A DNA stretch of 64,000 bases from Selaginella moellendorffii (taxonomy: Eukaryota; Plantae; Lycopodiophyta): the NCBI RefSeq assembly GCF_000143415.4, contig NW_003314411.1, positions 124,452 through 188,451 of the forward strand, given 5' to 3'. The translations under genes were made by a program, and so were the position numbers. Each line of letters starts with the position of its first letter. The stretch's first letter is position 1. The notes under the pieces were generated by a model. It had not been told where the DNA came from. It saw only the letters and a list, made by a program, of their open reading frames with translations, and searched no databases. Of the stretch, positions 13,259-24,036 are shown one piece after another.

Positions 13259-15377
13259 TCAGTGAGGCAGGAGGCTTCTATTCCTCCTCCACGACCTCCT
13301 CCTGATCACCGAGAAGAGGTAGAGGAAGAAGAGGAAGAGCAGCGCCACCAGCAACCCGGCAAGGATTGGAAGAAGCAGCGGGGTTGCTGCCACAGCCGTC
13401 GCCTGTAAGTTGAAATCGTTGGAGGAAGGCAGCTGAAGATCTGCATTGTTGGCTCTGCCTTCGCCTTCCAACAGCGAGCTCAGGATGGCATCGCTGCTGC
13501 TAATGCCCTCTCCTTCAAATAACTCGATGAAATCATTGACACTGCCGCTGCTCATACCGGCGTCATACAATAAACTTTGAGAGGTCGATGTTGAAGTCTC
13601 GTCAACTGCTTGAAACTTTTCTGTGTTGATCCTCTTGGCCTTCCCACCATCCTTGTCCAAGCTTCGAGGGAACCACCGCCACATAGAAGGTGGTGGCGAT
13701 GCTGGTGGTGGTGAAGCACTGCCACTGTTGCTGCTGCTGCTAGCTTTCTTAGTGTCACCACTCCTGCCGATTTCCCTCCTGGCCAGTAACTTTCGAGATG
13801 ATCCTGCTGCTGCATGGGACTTTAGCACCTGTTCAATGTCTTAGTACGAATACATCTGATTTCTGTCAGCAGAGACATACCTTGTAGGATGACTCCTTTG
13901 CCATTGCTGTCGCACTATTCTTGTATGGAAGCGTCCTGACGGTGCTGGTGCCATCGCCTTGCAAGCTCCGCCAAAAGACTGAAGCTGGTGTCGATGAAAT
14001 ATCAGCTTGCCTCAACTTTCGAAATCCTGCTGCATGATGAGACTTTAGCACCTGTTCAGTGTCCATCTTAGTACGAATACATCTGATTAGAGACATACCT
14101 TGTAGGATGACTCCTCGGCCACAAGTTCTTCGTTATTCTTGTCTGGAGGCTTTCTCACGGTGCTAGTGACATCGCCTCGCAAGCTCTGCCAGAAGACTGC
14201 AGCCGGTGGCGATGAAATACCACCTTGTTCTTCTCCATCTTCTTGCGCTGCTGCAAACCTCTGCCTCAGTGGAGCTATGAAGCGATCCACCCCGCGGAAT
14301 ACAGGTCCATTCTCGCTGATGGGAGGAGCTGGTGCTGCTTCCAGTAGCATCCGTCGAGAGGTAATCACTGGGAGCCGAGAAGTGATCACTGGGAATCGTT
14401 GCCACCCCAGAAAGTTCTTGAGTTCTTCCCATAATTCCTGGGACGTCACCTCATCCTCCTCCAAGCCCGCGTCCAAAAGCCTGCTCCATATTTCTGCTTT
14501 TATGGACCGAAGAGTTTCGGGTAACTTCCAAGTCCAGGTCTCAATCAGCTGCTTAAGTTCCTCCACCTCTAGGTGCATATCAGCTTTGGACGGTAGCTCC
14601 AGCGATGGGAGAGGCGACCGTAGTGAATCCAGACTCCAGGTCCGAAACAAGCTCTTGATGTCCTCCCAGCTCAGGTTTTCATCGTCGTCATCGTTGAGTC
14701 CAGTTGTCTTGCCACCAAGAGAAGAATACTGAACTGAATCCACAGCTCCAACCATGACCGCCTCCGGCTGCAAGAGAAGATTGGGGTGAGCCCGTAAAGC
14801 AAACCATCTTAGCTCTCGAGTTACCTCTTGCAAATCATCCTCGAGTACAGGTAATGGTGGTGGATCATACTCGGGACCACTAGGTGCTGGGTCACTGCTG
14901 GTGATCACTGCCTCGAGCTGTGACGGTGGTGCTACCGAGGACGAACCAACAAAGTAATCCTCCAGCTCGATTGGAGTCACTACCTCTCGCACAAAGCTCA
15001 TCGCCGGCTGCAAGAGAAGATTAACAAGAGGAGCAGATCATTTAAATCGAGTTACCTCTTGCAAATCCTCCAATGGTGGTGCATCATACTCTGGAACACT
15101 TGATGCTGCATCACTGCTGGCGATCACTGCCTCGAGCAGCGAGGGCAGTGCTGGGAAATCCTCCGCTTGCTTGTCCGATCGCGCTGATGCTGCTGCGCCA
15201 GGAATCTGCACGCACCCGAAAAATGTCAAAAAAAGAAAAGAAAAGAGAACAGGAGCGAGCTCTACATACTTCCAGGAGGATCTTCAATCCTGTGGCCTGT
15301 GTGCTTGCCTGTGTGCTTGCTGCCTGTGCGCTTGGAGCGCGTCGCAACCACGAGAACGCCAACGCCAAAGCTTCCAT
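13259..15377 (-). CDS. Lineage-specific modular protein with duplicated exons and C-terminal transmembrane helix
   Basis: About 6 exons joined by GT-AG introns; duplicated modules (LEAVI.SSD.A..PEYD.PP..EDLQE; VLKSH.AAG.RKL; FW.SL.GD.TSTVR...ESSYK); TM LLLPILAGLLVALLFLFFLYLFSV followed by RRR. Confidence 0.6.
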
Positions 15378-16916
15378 CGCCGCCAATATAATAGGGCATA
15401 AGAAAAGAGGGTTACTATGTAAAGTAAAATAAAAATGAATTGAAATATTGAAAGGTCCGAGGATCAATATCCATGGGTAGATACTGAATCTCCTTCGTAT
15501 AGAAATAGAAACACCACTTATCTGCCGGATCCATCCCAGATCTTATTCCAGGATCACCACTATGACCTTGTGAATATGCACCATTTTCGGATTCCAGAAT
15601 CCTGTATATTTTTTTTCATTTCTGTATTAAAAAAGGTTCTTTTTTGTTAATCAATGTATTTTGTATGTTGCCAGCAGGGTGCCACGTATGCTTGTCAACT
15701 TTATAGATTCTTGTCTATCAAGAGTGCTGGAGCTCCGGTTTTGAACGTAACCACGCCTAATCATTGATCTAAAACCTTTCTATTGTAGAGAAAGCATGCT
15801 GAGGCAAATGGTAAAACATACATTCACCATCAAGTAATAGTGTCGTACTTGTCTCCAATTTTCCTTGCAACTCAGCATACTCAATTTGTAGAATTTAAAA
15901 CTCAAAAGTTGTCTAGAGTTTTGCGATACCTTTCCATGCAAGAGATTGTCACGTCAGAGCCATGCATAGTAAACGTTTTTCTTCCCTTGGACCCAATCCC
16001 TGTCATCAGCAAACATAAATTGCCCGATCTCAACTTCTTGCGGTATCAGAAAATGGTTTTGGTTCCCACGAAGGATACTCCTTGTCACTTTCAGAAGCAT
16101 TTTCTGTGTGCTGAATTCCTGCGAGTCTCAGCCATGGAGATGTTTCTCTGGACTTGTTGATGTCAAGTCTTTAGATCTGTAAAACTAGAGCTTGAGGTAG
16201 GACTATGTCTGCACTTGTCTTGCTAACTCCATCAATGCCAATGCCTTTGATGCTATGCCAGGGCCATGGAAGTTATTATGAGTCAGACATTCCTTCCGGT
16301 CAAATTTTTGCAAATAAATTTTCCAATTGAAACTCTTTTCCTATATAAAAATAGCATGTTATCATTAGTAAAGCTCTAGGAGCCAGACTTGCTTCAACAC
16401 GAAATTGGGTAAATACACGATAGAGTGATTCAACAAAGTGGTAAAAAGTAATCAAAACTTTATTCATGTATTTTTTGTCACAAATTAACATTTTACAATT
16501 TTTTTATTTTCAAAATAATTGTGATCTTCACAACACTAATTGGAAGAAAAAATTCAAATATTTTTATATAAAAAGTTATGAGGTGGCTTTAGTGTCACTT
16601 CAAATTTTTTTTATTACTTTGTTGTACTATTATATTATGCATTTGCTCAATTATCACCTATGGTTTTGATACAAAATGGATATGAAAGTGGATATAGTTT
16701 CCAAGGAGTAAATGTTAAAGCACAAGATAATATAAATGATGGTTATAGCTTCTTTCTCAACCTCTTAAGGATCGTATAAGTGAGTTGATGACTAAGCAAA
16801 TGGCTTATCCTTTCTAGAGGGAAAAAAAACTTGAGCATAATCTTGGATGAAATATTTAAAGAATTTTATCCTCCCAAGGAAATTTTGAAGTTATTTGGGC
16901 ATGAAAGGAAGTTAAA

Positions 16917-17370
16917 TATAACATATATGATTATGGGATAAAAGTTGAATATATCGTTACATTTTTAAAACTTCAGATAAAATAATCATTAAAGGTTTTT
17001 TTATCAAATACTTACCCTTTTTCAATTGCTTAAGAAGATAGAGATAAAGTACACTATATGGGGTATCAGAGCAAATAATATGAGTATTGATTAGTAACTA
17101 TTTAAAATATAATATATCTTTGAGTAAACTATATTCTTACTTTTATATTGAGCATTTACAAGTATATTCTTTGTCTTGTAGGACATCCACTAACAGAATA
17201 ATCCATTGTGTAATTGGATGATTAGTTGTTTTATATAAATTAACTAATCTATATATTGGAAGGATTGATAATTTCAATGTGGAAATGGAAGTGTTAATTC
17301 CCCTTAGCTCAATAAAGGTTGTTAGTAAATAAGCACATTAAAATTGCTAAAAGGGAGGTGAGTGTAACAC
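16917..17370 (+). mobile_element. Degenerate TRIM copy (same family as 33899-34598)
   Basis: LTR-like segment, PBS GGTATCAGAGC (~17060-17072), homologous internal part, PPT AAGGGAGGTGAG then TGTAAC. Confidence 0.65.
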
Positions 17371-17379
17371 CTCCCTAAA

Positions 17380-17601
17380 AATTTATTAAATTTTTCATGT
17401 TACTTTAATCACTTAACCATGCCTTTGACTACTTAGAGAAGTCTCACTCCAACCTTTATATGCCCTTATCCTAACTTAAGGCATTTATTAGCCTTATGAT
17501 TTCAAAACCACACCAATTTTGCATTTGGTTTAAGTGCTCTATATGTTTAGTCCCACTTTGGACACCCAAATGTACCACTAATGTAATGGTTTCTTATGCT
17601 A
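17380..17601 (-). mobile_element. Degenerate LTR fragment (same family as the LTRs at 30654 and 36987)
   Basis: Colinear similarity to 30660-30880 (ttaaattt.cat...cacttaaccat...gtaccact...ttatgcta). Confidence 0.6.
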
Positions 17602-18814
17602 TAGAAAGCTCTATTTCGTTAAAGTGGGATTTATTCAGTAAAATGGGACTAGGTACAAATTTTCAAGTATTTGAAAATGACGTGAAATTATATGTTTTTT
17701 GTCCAGGGGCTAGACATATCTGGGGCATGGTGACTAGCGCGGTGACTTTATGTCCAAACTGAGTCCATCTGGTTGTATAATAAATCTCATTGTCAAGGTG
17801 AACAAGCCGAATCTGAAGCTAAAGAAGAGCGATGGCATGCGTGCACACACTATTTGTTTGTTCATTGAGCGTGTGGTGAACTTTCCAAGATGAACGTCAT
17901 TCCTATTAGCCAGATATATCACTTAATGGTGAGAACATTTAGATATTATTCAATGTTATCTTTTTCTAACGAATCTAATTGTGAAGGTGTAGCAAGAGGC
18001 ATTGCTAGTCTGGAGAAGTCATTTAACTCATTTGACCACCCTTAGTGTATTTTCATGAAACTAAATAACATTCATATTATTAAGGAATTTCTCTAGTACC
18101 TTTTTTTTACGACATAGAGGCTTGCATTTCTTTCAAAGGTGATTTAGTAAAAGGCCTGAGGGCACATGCCATTCTATTTCTCAGACCGGTATTAAGATAT
18201 ACTAGTGCAAAGGGAAAAAGGTATTTGGTGATCAAGTAAATGGCATGAGGGCACACGCCATTATAAGCCTAAGCGCTAGTGGACACCTCCTTTTTGGTAC
18301 TCTCAGCGGTACTATCATCCTTCTCCGGGTTAGTTGTTTTGCTTTGGATTGTTGTCTCTGACGTTACTGGGGCGTTCTCGATAGTTGTTAATATTGCTGT
18401 TTGTTCAGAAAAATGATCACCTGGAGTATAGTACGGGGAGTTTGGAAGACTTATATATTCTACATCTTCACCTATCTCCTTCTCCGTCTCCTTTTCTGCC
18501 TCACTTACAGATTTTGTGCTTGCCATGAGAACGCTCTTCACCCTAAAATATGGAGTTCGTTGTGTTATAAAAGGAAACCAACACACACGCTGCAAGGGAA
18601 TGATGGTACATAAAGTACGTAAGCCCACAATATGGGTTTATGTGCCATTAATATGGGCCACACGCCATATTATTAGATTTATGCACGTGTGATTGGTAAA
18701 TGCATATGTCACATCATCTTTGTTTTACCTTACACACTATATCAGGCCTCCTCTGATTCAGATTCGGATTGTTCACTTTGAAATAAAATACATTAGAAAC
18801 TTAGTAAAGGAATA

Positions 18815-21800
18815 TTAATGAATCTCACCTTGAACCCGGGTTATGAATGCTCTTGCTGCATCTCTTGTATGGTCTGGCAAGGTGATGGTGGCACTTTGCT
18901 TCCGCATCCAACCATGCACAACATTATCCACCGATATGCTCATGCTGGGATCCCTTGGATTCAGCACCCATCTCTTTTCTAGGCAATCCTTCGTATATCC
19001 GGAACTTGGCTTGAACCACTCCACAGTTACATTGAAGGAGTTAGTTTCCGCGTCCTCCTCTGCATCAGTGATGTAGCGCCCCACCCATATCATTTGTTTT
19101 TTATTACTGGGTCTGACAAGCACGACCATTCCTTTGCAGACCTGTACTGGATTGAATGCTGAATCCGGCTTCTTGTTCCTCGGCCCACAATAGTGATCCT
19201 CAACATCGTTATCTGTCACTGCATTTCCAGACGACATTGTTCCGCTACTATCTGGTGCTCTGGGTTCTGGCCAAAAGGACTCTTCCAATTCTTCATATAC
19301 AACCGGCCCATTTTGGATAGCAGATATAATCTTCTCCCAGTATTCGAGCAAAGGCTTGCACCTCTGAAAATAGGATTCTCCACCAAACACCAACCCCCTC
19401 TTCCAGAAGGCAATATGCTGTCTAATCCCGGCCACTATACTTTCCTGGTCTTTGAGTCCATCCGGGTGCATCGGCCGTGGGGAACCCTGAGGAATCATAG
19501 GTTCCCCAGTTATGGGATCTCTCTTGAAGAGTTCAATGCCGTCCACTGGCAGCCACACTGTGTCCCATTCTCTCATCTTGTACCTTATCACTGGAGCACC
19601 GTCACACATGCTGAAATGAAACTGAAGAGGCTTGGAGTGGCCAATCAGCGTTTCGGATCCGTCCTTGATGTAGCCTCTTACAAACCCCTTAAAGTCTGGA
19701 ACCTCTGTCAGAAGTGCAGCTTCAACAGTGCCTTTGATGCAATTTTGGAATTCATCGTAGAGTTGTGGGAGGGTGAGGACATTGGATCGCCGGAGGGACT
19801 CTGCCAGGTGACTGAACATGGCATCGACGTCTTCATGAGTGTGCCCAACCATGAGAAAGCCAAGTGTAACCGTTTCAAATATGCCTTTGGCAACAAGCAT
19901 CGCCAAGTACGCGAAGACGTACATGTTTTTGTTCTCACTGCCAGCATTGTCTGTTTGGAGCAGAAGATGGGGTGGAAGGCCACATCGGCCGCAAGAACTT
20001 CCTTGAGATTCTGCTTCGTTTGGATGAGGCTGTGCATTCACCGGGCGACCAGCCTCGTCGGAATGGCATGAGGCCTCACGTGATAACCCTACAATCTGAC
20101 GGCCAACATATTCACTGGGATGGCATGGGGCCCCACGCGATACTGCAAGCCTTTGCTCCTCCTCCAGCTGAACCCTGTATGGGGTTCGATCGACAAGGGC
20201 CTTATGCAAGGGTTGGCCGTTCAGCTCAGTCTGCGCACTTTGCAGAGACCTTAAGTGTTTTGCTAGGGACGCAATCATCATGTTTGCACCCCCGCCACCC
20301 CATAGAGGTACAAAGAAGTTCCCATAGTTCTGGGCACCATGCCCATGAGCGATTATGCCAAACAGAGACACAGGCAACTGCATGGATGAAGAGATTGCCT
20401 TGGGGGCAGGATTGAGTCGAGGTAAGCACGTCTTTTTCTGGTCCATTTTGTCGTGGATGATGCAGAGGTAAGAGTCAGGTCTCTCCATGGAGAGAATCCT
20501 GTTATGATAATATGCAGTCCTGCAGCTTCTTTGCTCGATGTTGTGGTCGAGCCGCCTTCTAACCAATGTCTCTCGCTCTTGAGCGCTGCAAGAATTCTTC
20601 GACAAAGCCATTTTGATAGCAGTGCACTCGTCACACTTTGAAAAGCTGGAGTACTTTCCTATACTCACATCCCTGAACCTGTTGCTCCATAATCTACTAA
20701 ATCTAGATTGGCTCAGCTTCCTGTAGCCATTACTCTGGAGTTCCCGATTCACAACTTCCAATATGGCCCCCTTGGTATACATGGAAGGGAGAACTCGTTG
20801 GGTGTCTTGTGTTCCATCTTCCAAGAGGCGGGTTTTATGTGGTTGCTGCTCGCTACATGTCTCAACAAACCTCTTGAAGATTGCCTCTCCATATACAACA
20901 TGACCCCTGGTTTTGTGCGTACCGTCGTTCCCATGGACTGCCTGTTGAACCCTTTGTTCCTCGAACTCAGTTTTGATTCTGTAGAATGTGGTTCGAGGGA
21001 CTCCATAAATGATTCTCCATGCCTTCATGTAGACCAAACCCCTTTGGAAGACCATGCCCCCCACCTGATGTTCTGAAGCATCAACAGATGACCGTAATGC
21101 CTCATACACAAAATTGCGAGCTGCCTTCCAGGACAATGTCTTGTATCTTGCTCTCTCCTCTTCAATAGCATCCCAATCAGCATGTTGACAGCAGCTCCTC
21201 TTGCAACAAGCAACTGTCGAGACCATTCGAACCTCCATCGCCATTTTCTGCCTTTTCGGTTCGTTGCTCAGATCCCTTTGGCTGCGCTTTAGGAAGGTGT
21301 ACTTTCTTTTCCCATGAAGAGATGTTCTGTCATCAGTTGTAGTGGTGTTTGATTGTGAATCCTTCACATTCTCAAACACTAAGTGCCTCAATTTCCACCG
21401 CACAATGCTTCCAATAGTTAGACTGTTTTCTTCTGTGTCAACAACCTCTAAAATCGCAACTCCAATATCATCCCAGCCCAATTCTTGATAAGCAACCGCA
21501 TCTCTTGGATCGACAACTGTGGCTAAGCCCTCAGCTACCACCTCCCCCTCGGGGTTGTTTAGAAACACCTTCGCCTGAATCCATGTAGCACGGTTCTTAA
21601 GATCCACGGAGGGAACATGCGTCGCACTTGCGCTGTCCCCAACATCTGCTTTCTTTTGAAGGTTTTTCAAGGCAACAACAACATTTACCCCGACGACCCT
21701 CTCTCCTCGTTCAATAGCAACCATATTCCCATCGAAGACAGTCTCTACTGATACAGCAGCATTGCCTTCCCCAAACCTTTGACAGTGTATAACAAAGTTC

Positions 21801-21883
21801 CGATCCATAGACACAAGGGTCCCTTTTGCAACTCTCTTCCCACCATTCAAAATGTAAACCTTTTCCCCAACCCTGAAGGCCAT
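18815..21883 (-). CDS. Sola-type DDD transposase, 1022 aa, intact ORF
   Basis: Motifs KCDEC, CIIHDKMDQKK, LLLQTDNAGSENKN, GFLMVGHTHEDVDAMFS; a possible splice donor near the 3' end could extend the C-terminus. Confidence 0.88.
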   Translation of the reverse strand: MAFRVGEKVYILNGGKRVAKGTLVSMDRNFVIHCQRFGEGNAAVSVETVFDGNMVAIERGERVVGVNVVVALKNLQKKADVGDSASATHVPSVDLKNRATWIQAKVFLNNPEGEVVAEGLATVVDPRDAVAYQELGWDDIGVAILEVVDTEENSLTIGSIVRWKLRHLVFENVKDSQSNTTTTDDRTSLHGKRKYTFLKRSQRDLSNEPKRQKMAMEVRMVSTVACCKRSCCQHADWDAIEEERARYKTLSWKAARNFVYEALRSSVDASEHQVGGMVFQRGLVYMKAWRIIYGVPRTTFYRIKTEFEEQRVQQAVHGNDGTHKTRGHVVYGEAIFKRFVETCSEQQPHKTRLLEDGTQDTQRVLPSMYTKGAILEVVNRELQSNGYRKLSQSRFSRLWSNRFRDVSIGKYSSFSKCDECTAIKMALSKNSCSAQERETLVRRRLDHNIEQRSCRTAYYHNRILSMERPDSYLCIIHDKMDQKKTCLPRLNPAPKAISSSMQLPVSLFGIIAHGHGAQNYGNFFVPLWGGGGANMMIASLAKHLRSLQSAQTELNGQPLHKALVDRTPYRVQLEEEQRLAVSRGAPCHPSEYVGRQIVGLSREASCHSDEAGRPVNAQPHPNEAESQGSSCGRCGLPPHLLLQTDNAGSENKNMYVFAYLAMLVAKGIFETVTLGFLMVGHTHEDVDAMFSHLAESLRRSNVLTLPQLYDEFQNCIKGTVEAALLTEVPDFKGFVRGYIKDGSETLIGHSKPLQFHFSMCDGAPVIRYKMREWDTVWLPVDGIELFKRDPITGEPMIPQGSPRPMHPDGLKDQESIVAGIRQHIAFWKRGLVFGGESYFQRCKPLLEYWEKIISAIQNGPVVYEELEESFWPEPRAPDSSGTMSSGNAVTDNDVEDHYCGPRNKKPDSAFNPVQVCKGMVVLVRPSNKKQMIWVGRYITDAEEDAETNSFNVTVEWFKPSSGYTKDCLEKRWVLNPRDPSMSISVDNVVHGWMRKQSATITLPDHTRDAARAFITRVQGEIH

Positions 21884-23178
21884 TCTGAAAGTGCAGAAAA
21901 GAAGTTAAGACCATACAAAAAATGATTGGAGAATGGCTTAAATCATAACATACCAAACAACCTCAATAGCATGAGGCCACATGCCATTATTCAAACATGC
22001 TATTGACACCCACGTGAAATTTTGCATTCACAAAATTGGCATGAGGCCTCATGCCATCTTGATATACACATAGCTGCAGGCATGTAAAAACATACATGAC
22101 AATACGCTAGCCATGAAATTACAAGGGCCCAAGATGGCATGTGGCCTCATGCCATTTCTAAATGTGGTCCTAAGCCATTCCATGGTGAACATACCAAGAA
22201 GCACAAGTGCCGAATATCAAGAGGAAGCGGTAGCCACACCAAAGACAATGCCGCTCGCAACACCGCAACTACTCGTAGTGCCGCTCGCAACACCGCAACT
22301 GCTCGTAGCGCCGCTCGCACAAACTGCCACTCGCATAAACTGCTGCTCGCAATGGCGCTCGCAATGCCGCAACCGCTCGTAGACGCATAAACCACAGCCC
22401 ACAACGCCGCTTACACAAGCAGCGCTCACTGCGCTTAGCGGAACCAAGAACACGGCGCACAAAAATGATAGACCTAGGAATGAGTTCGAGAATTCAAAAA
22501 TAACACACGCTTGAATGTCACATCAAATCCTCTGACAAACCAGATCTTATGACTCCTCTGACAAATTTCAAACTGAGTAGCTTCTAGACTTTGCTATCGG
22601 AGGTTGAACTTTGTCACATCATATCCTTGCCTCGATCCAGCTGTGCCATGTCAGTGATTCGAACTTTGCCATGCCATGTCAGCGATCCGCGCCAAGATTA
22701 TTCGCCGTGTAAAGGAATAATTATGCTCTGTGTGTACGTCCATTTATGGCAATATAAGGCCACACGCCATTCAAAGAATAATGCTAGTCGAGCATTTTTT
22801 GGTGCATTTTTGGGTTCAAAATTGCATGAGCCCACACGCTATAAAGTTTACCTGTACCAAAAATAGAAACAGCTTTATTTACTTGGGAATTTAAGTGGTT
22901 GAGGCATTTTTAAACTTACAAACACATGCCCTACTTACATTCCTTTGGTTGCTTAAAATTCAAAAATATTATAAACCTTTCTTTTTGCATTTTCAATGTT
23001 TTCAATTATGGTTTTTGATTTTCGCAGGACCAGCCTAGTAATCTATTTGCATCCCGTCATGTTTATAGCTAGCTTTCGTTTGTCCCCTTCGCTAGCCTGA
23101 GATACATCTGCTCGGCATCTGCCTCTTACAGCATTTGCCCAGAAAGGGCATCTTTCTTCACGCAGCATTTGCCACATG

Positions 23179-23211
23179 TTTAGGGTTTAGGGTTTAGGGT
23201 TTAGGGTTTAG
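23179..23211 (+). repeat. Interstitial plant telomeric repeat (TTTAGGG)4 TTTAG
   Basis: Directly visible between the two divergent transposon genes. Confidence 0.9.
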
Positions 23212-24036
23212 CAATTCAGTAGCTTGATAAACATGCAAATATAGAACTTGATGCAAAATCCTTTGATATGTCACAATGCCCCTAGGACTATAAACACATT
23301 TCAATAGAGAGGGTCCTTTCATTTCGCTATAATATTGATTTGAGAGAAAAATAGAAACAGATAGAATTTCTTTATTTAGCTGAACATCTGCCATTTTTGG
23401 AAATACAAGATGCTTTGGAATATCCAATCATGCATGGTATAAATATAGCGAGGGTATTAAATGATATCCCAATCATGATCTTTCTTTTGGATTTCGCGTG
23501 CATGCAGTCCGAGGAATGATGACGTTGCGGATTTCTTTTGGATTTTGCGTGCTTGCATGCGCACGGCAATCCAGAAATTAATGGTGGCGCCCAAGTCCGA
23601 GGAATGATGACGTGGCGGGATTACCAACCGTTGTGACATTTCGCGCGTGTGAGGTTAGGTTTTGCATTTTGCTTCGTACTCGCGCTCGCACACTCGTGCT
23701 CCCGCTCGCATCGCGCTCCCACTCGCGATCACGCTCACTTCTCTACAGGTTTCTCGTGTGCATCGGCGTCCACTCGCGCTTGCATCACACTCGCGCTCGC
23801 ATCGCGCTTGTGTGCATCGGCGTCCACTTCAAGACACACCCAGTTTGTAACTTCGCCGCCAACTCCGCCGCCCACTCCGCCACCCACACGCAGCCCACTT
23901 GGCGTCCCGGGAGATTTCAGCGCCACTCTCCAACTGTAAGTGGCAGAGTAGCCTTGTTGCTACGATCCGCTGCACACACAGTGCACATTCGCCAGCGAGT
24001 CCGGCCTCAATTGTCACGGCCTCCATTCGGCTTCAA

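Noticed and set aside
15800-16300. LINE reverse-transcriptase relic (FADD-like word on minus strand)
   Set aside because: A single short motif amid stops; not supportable.
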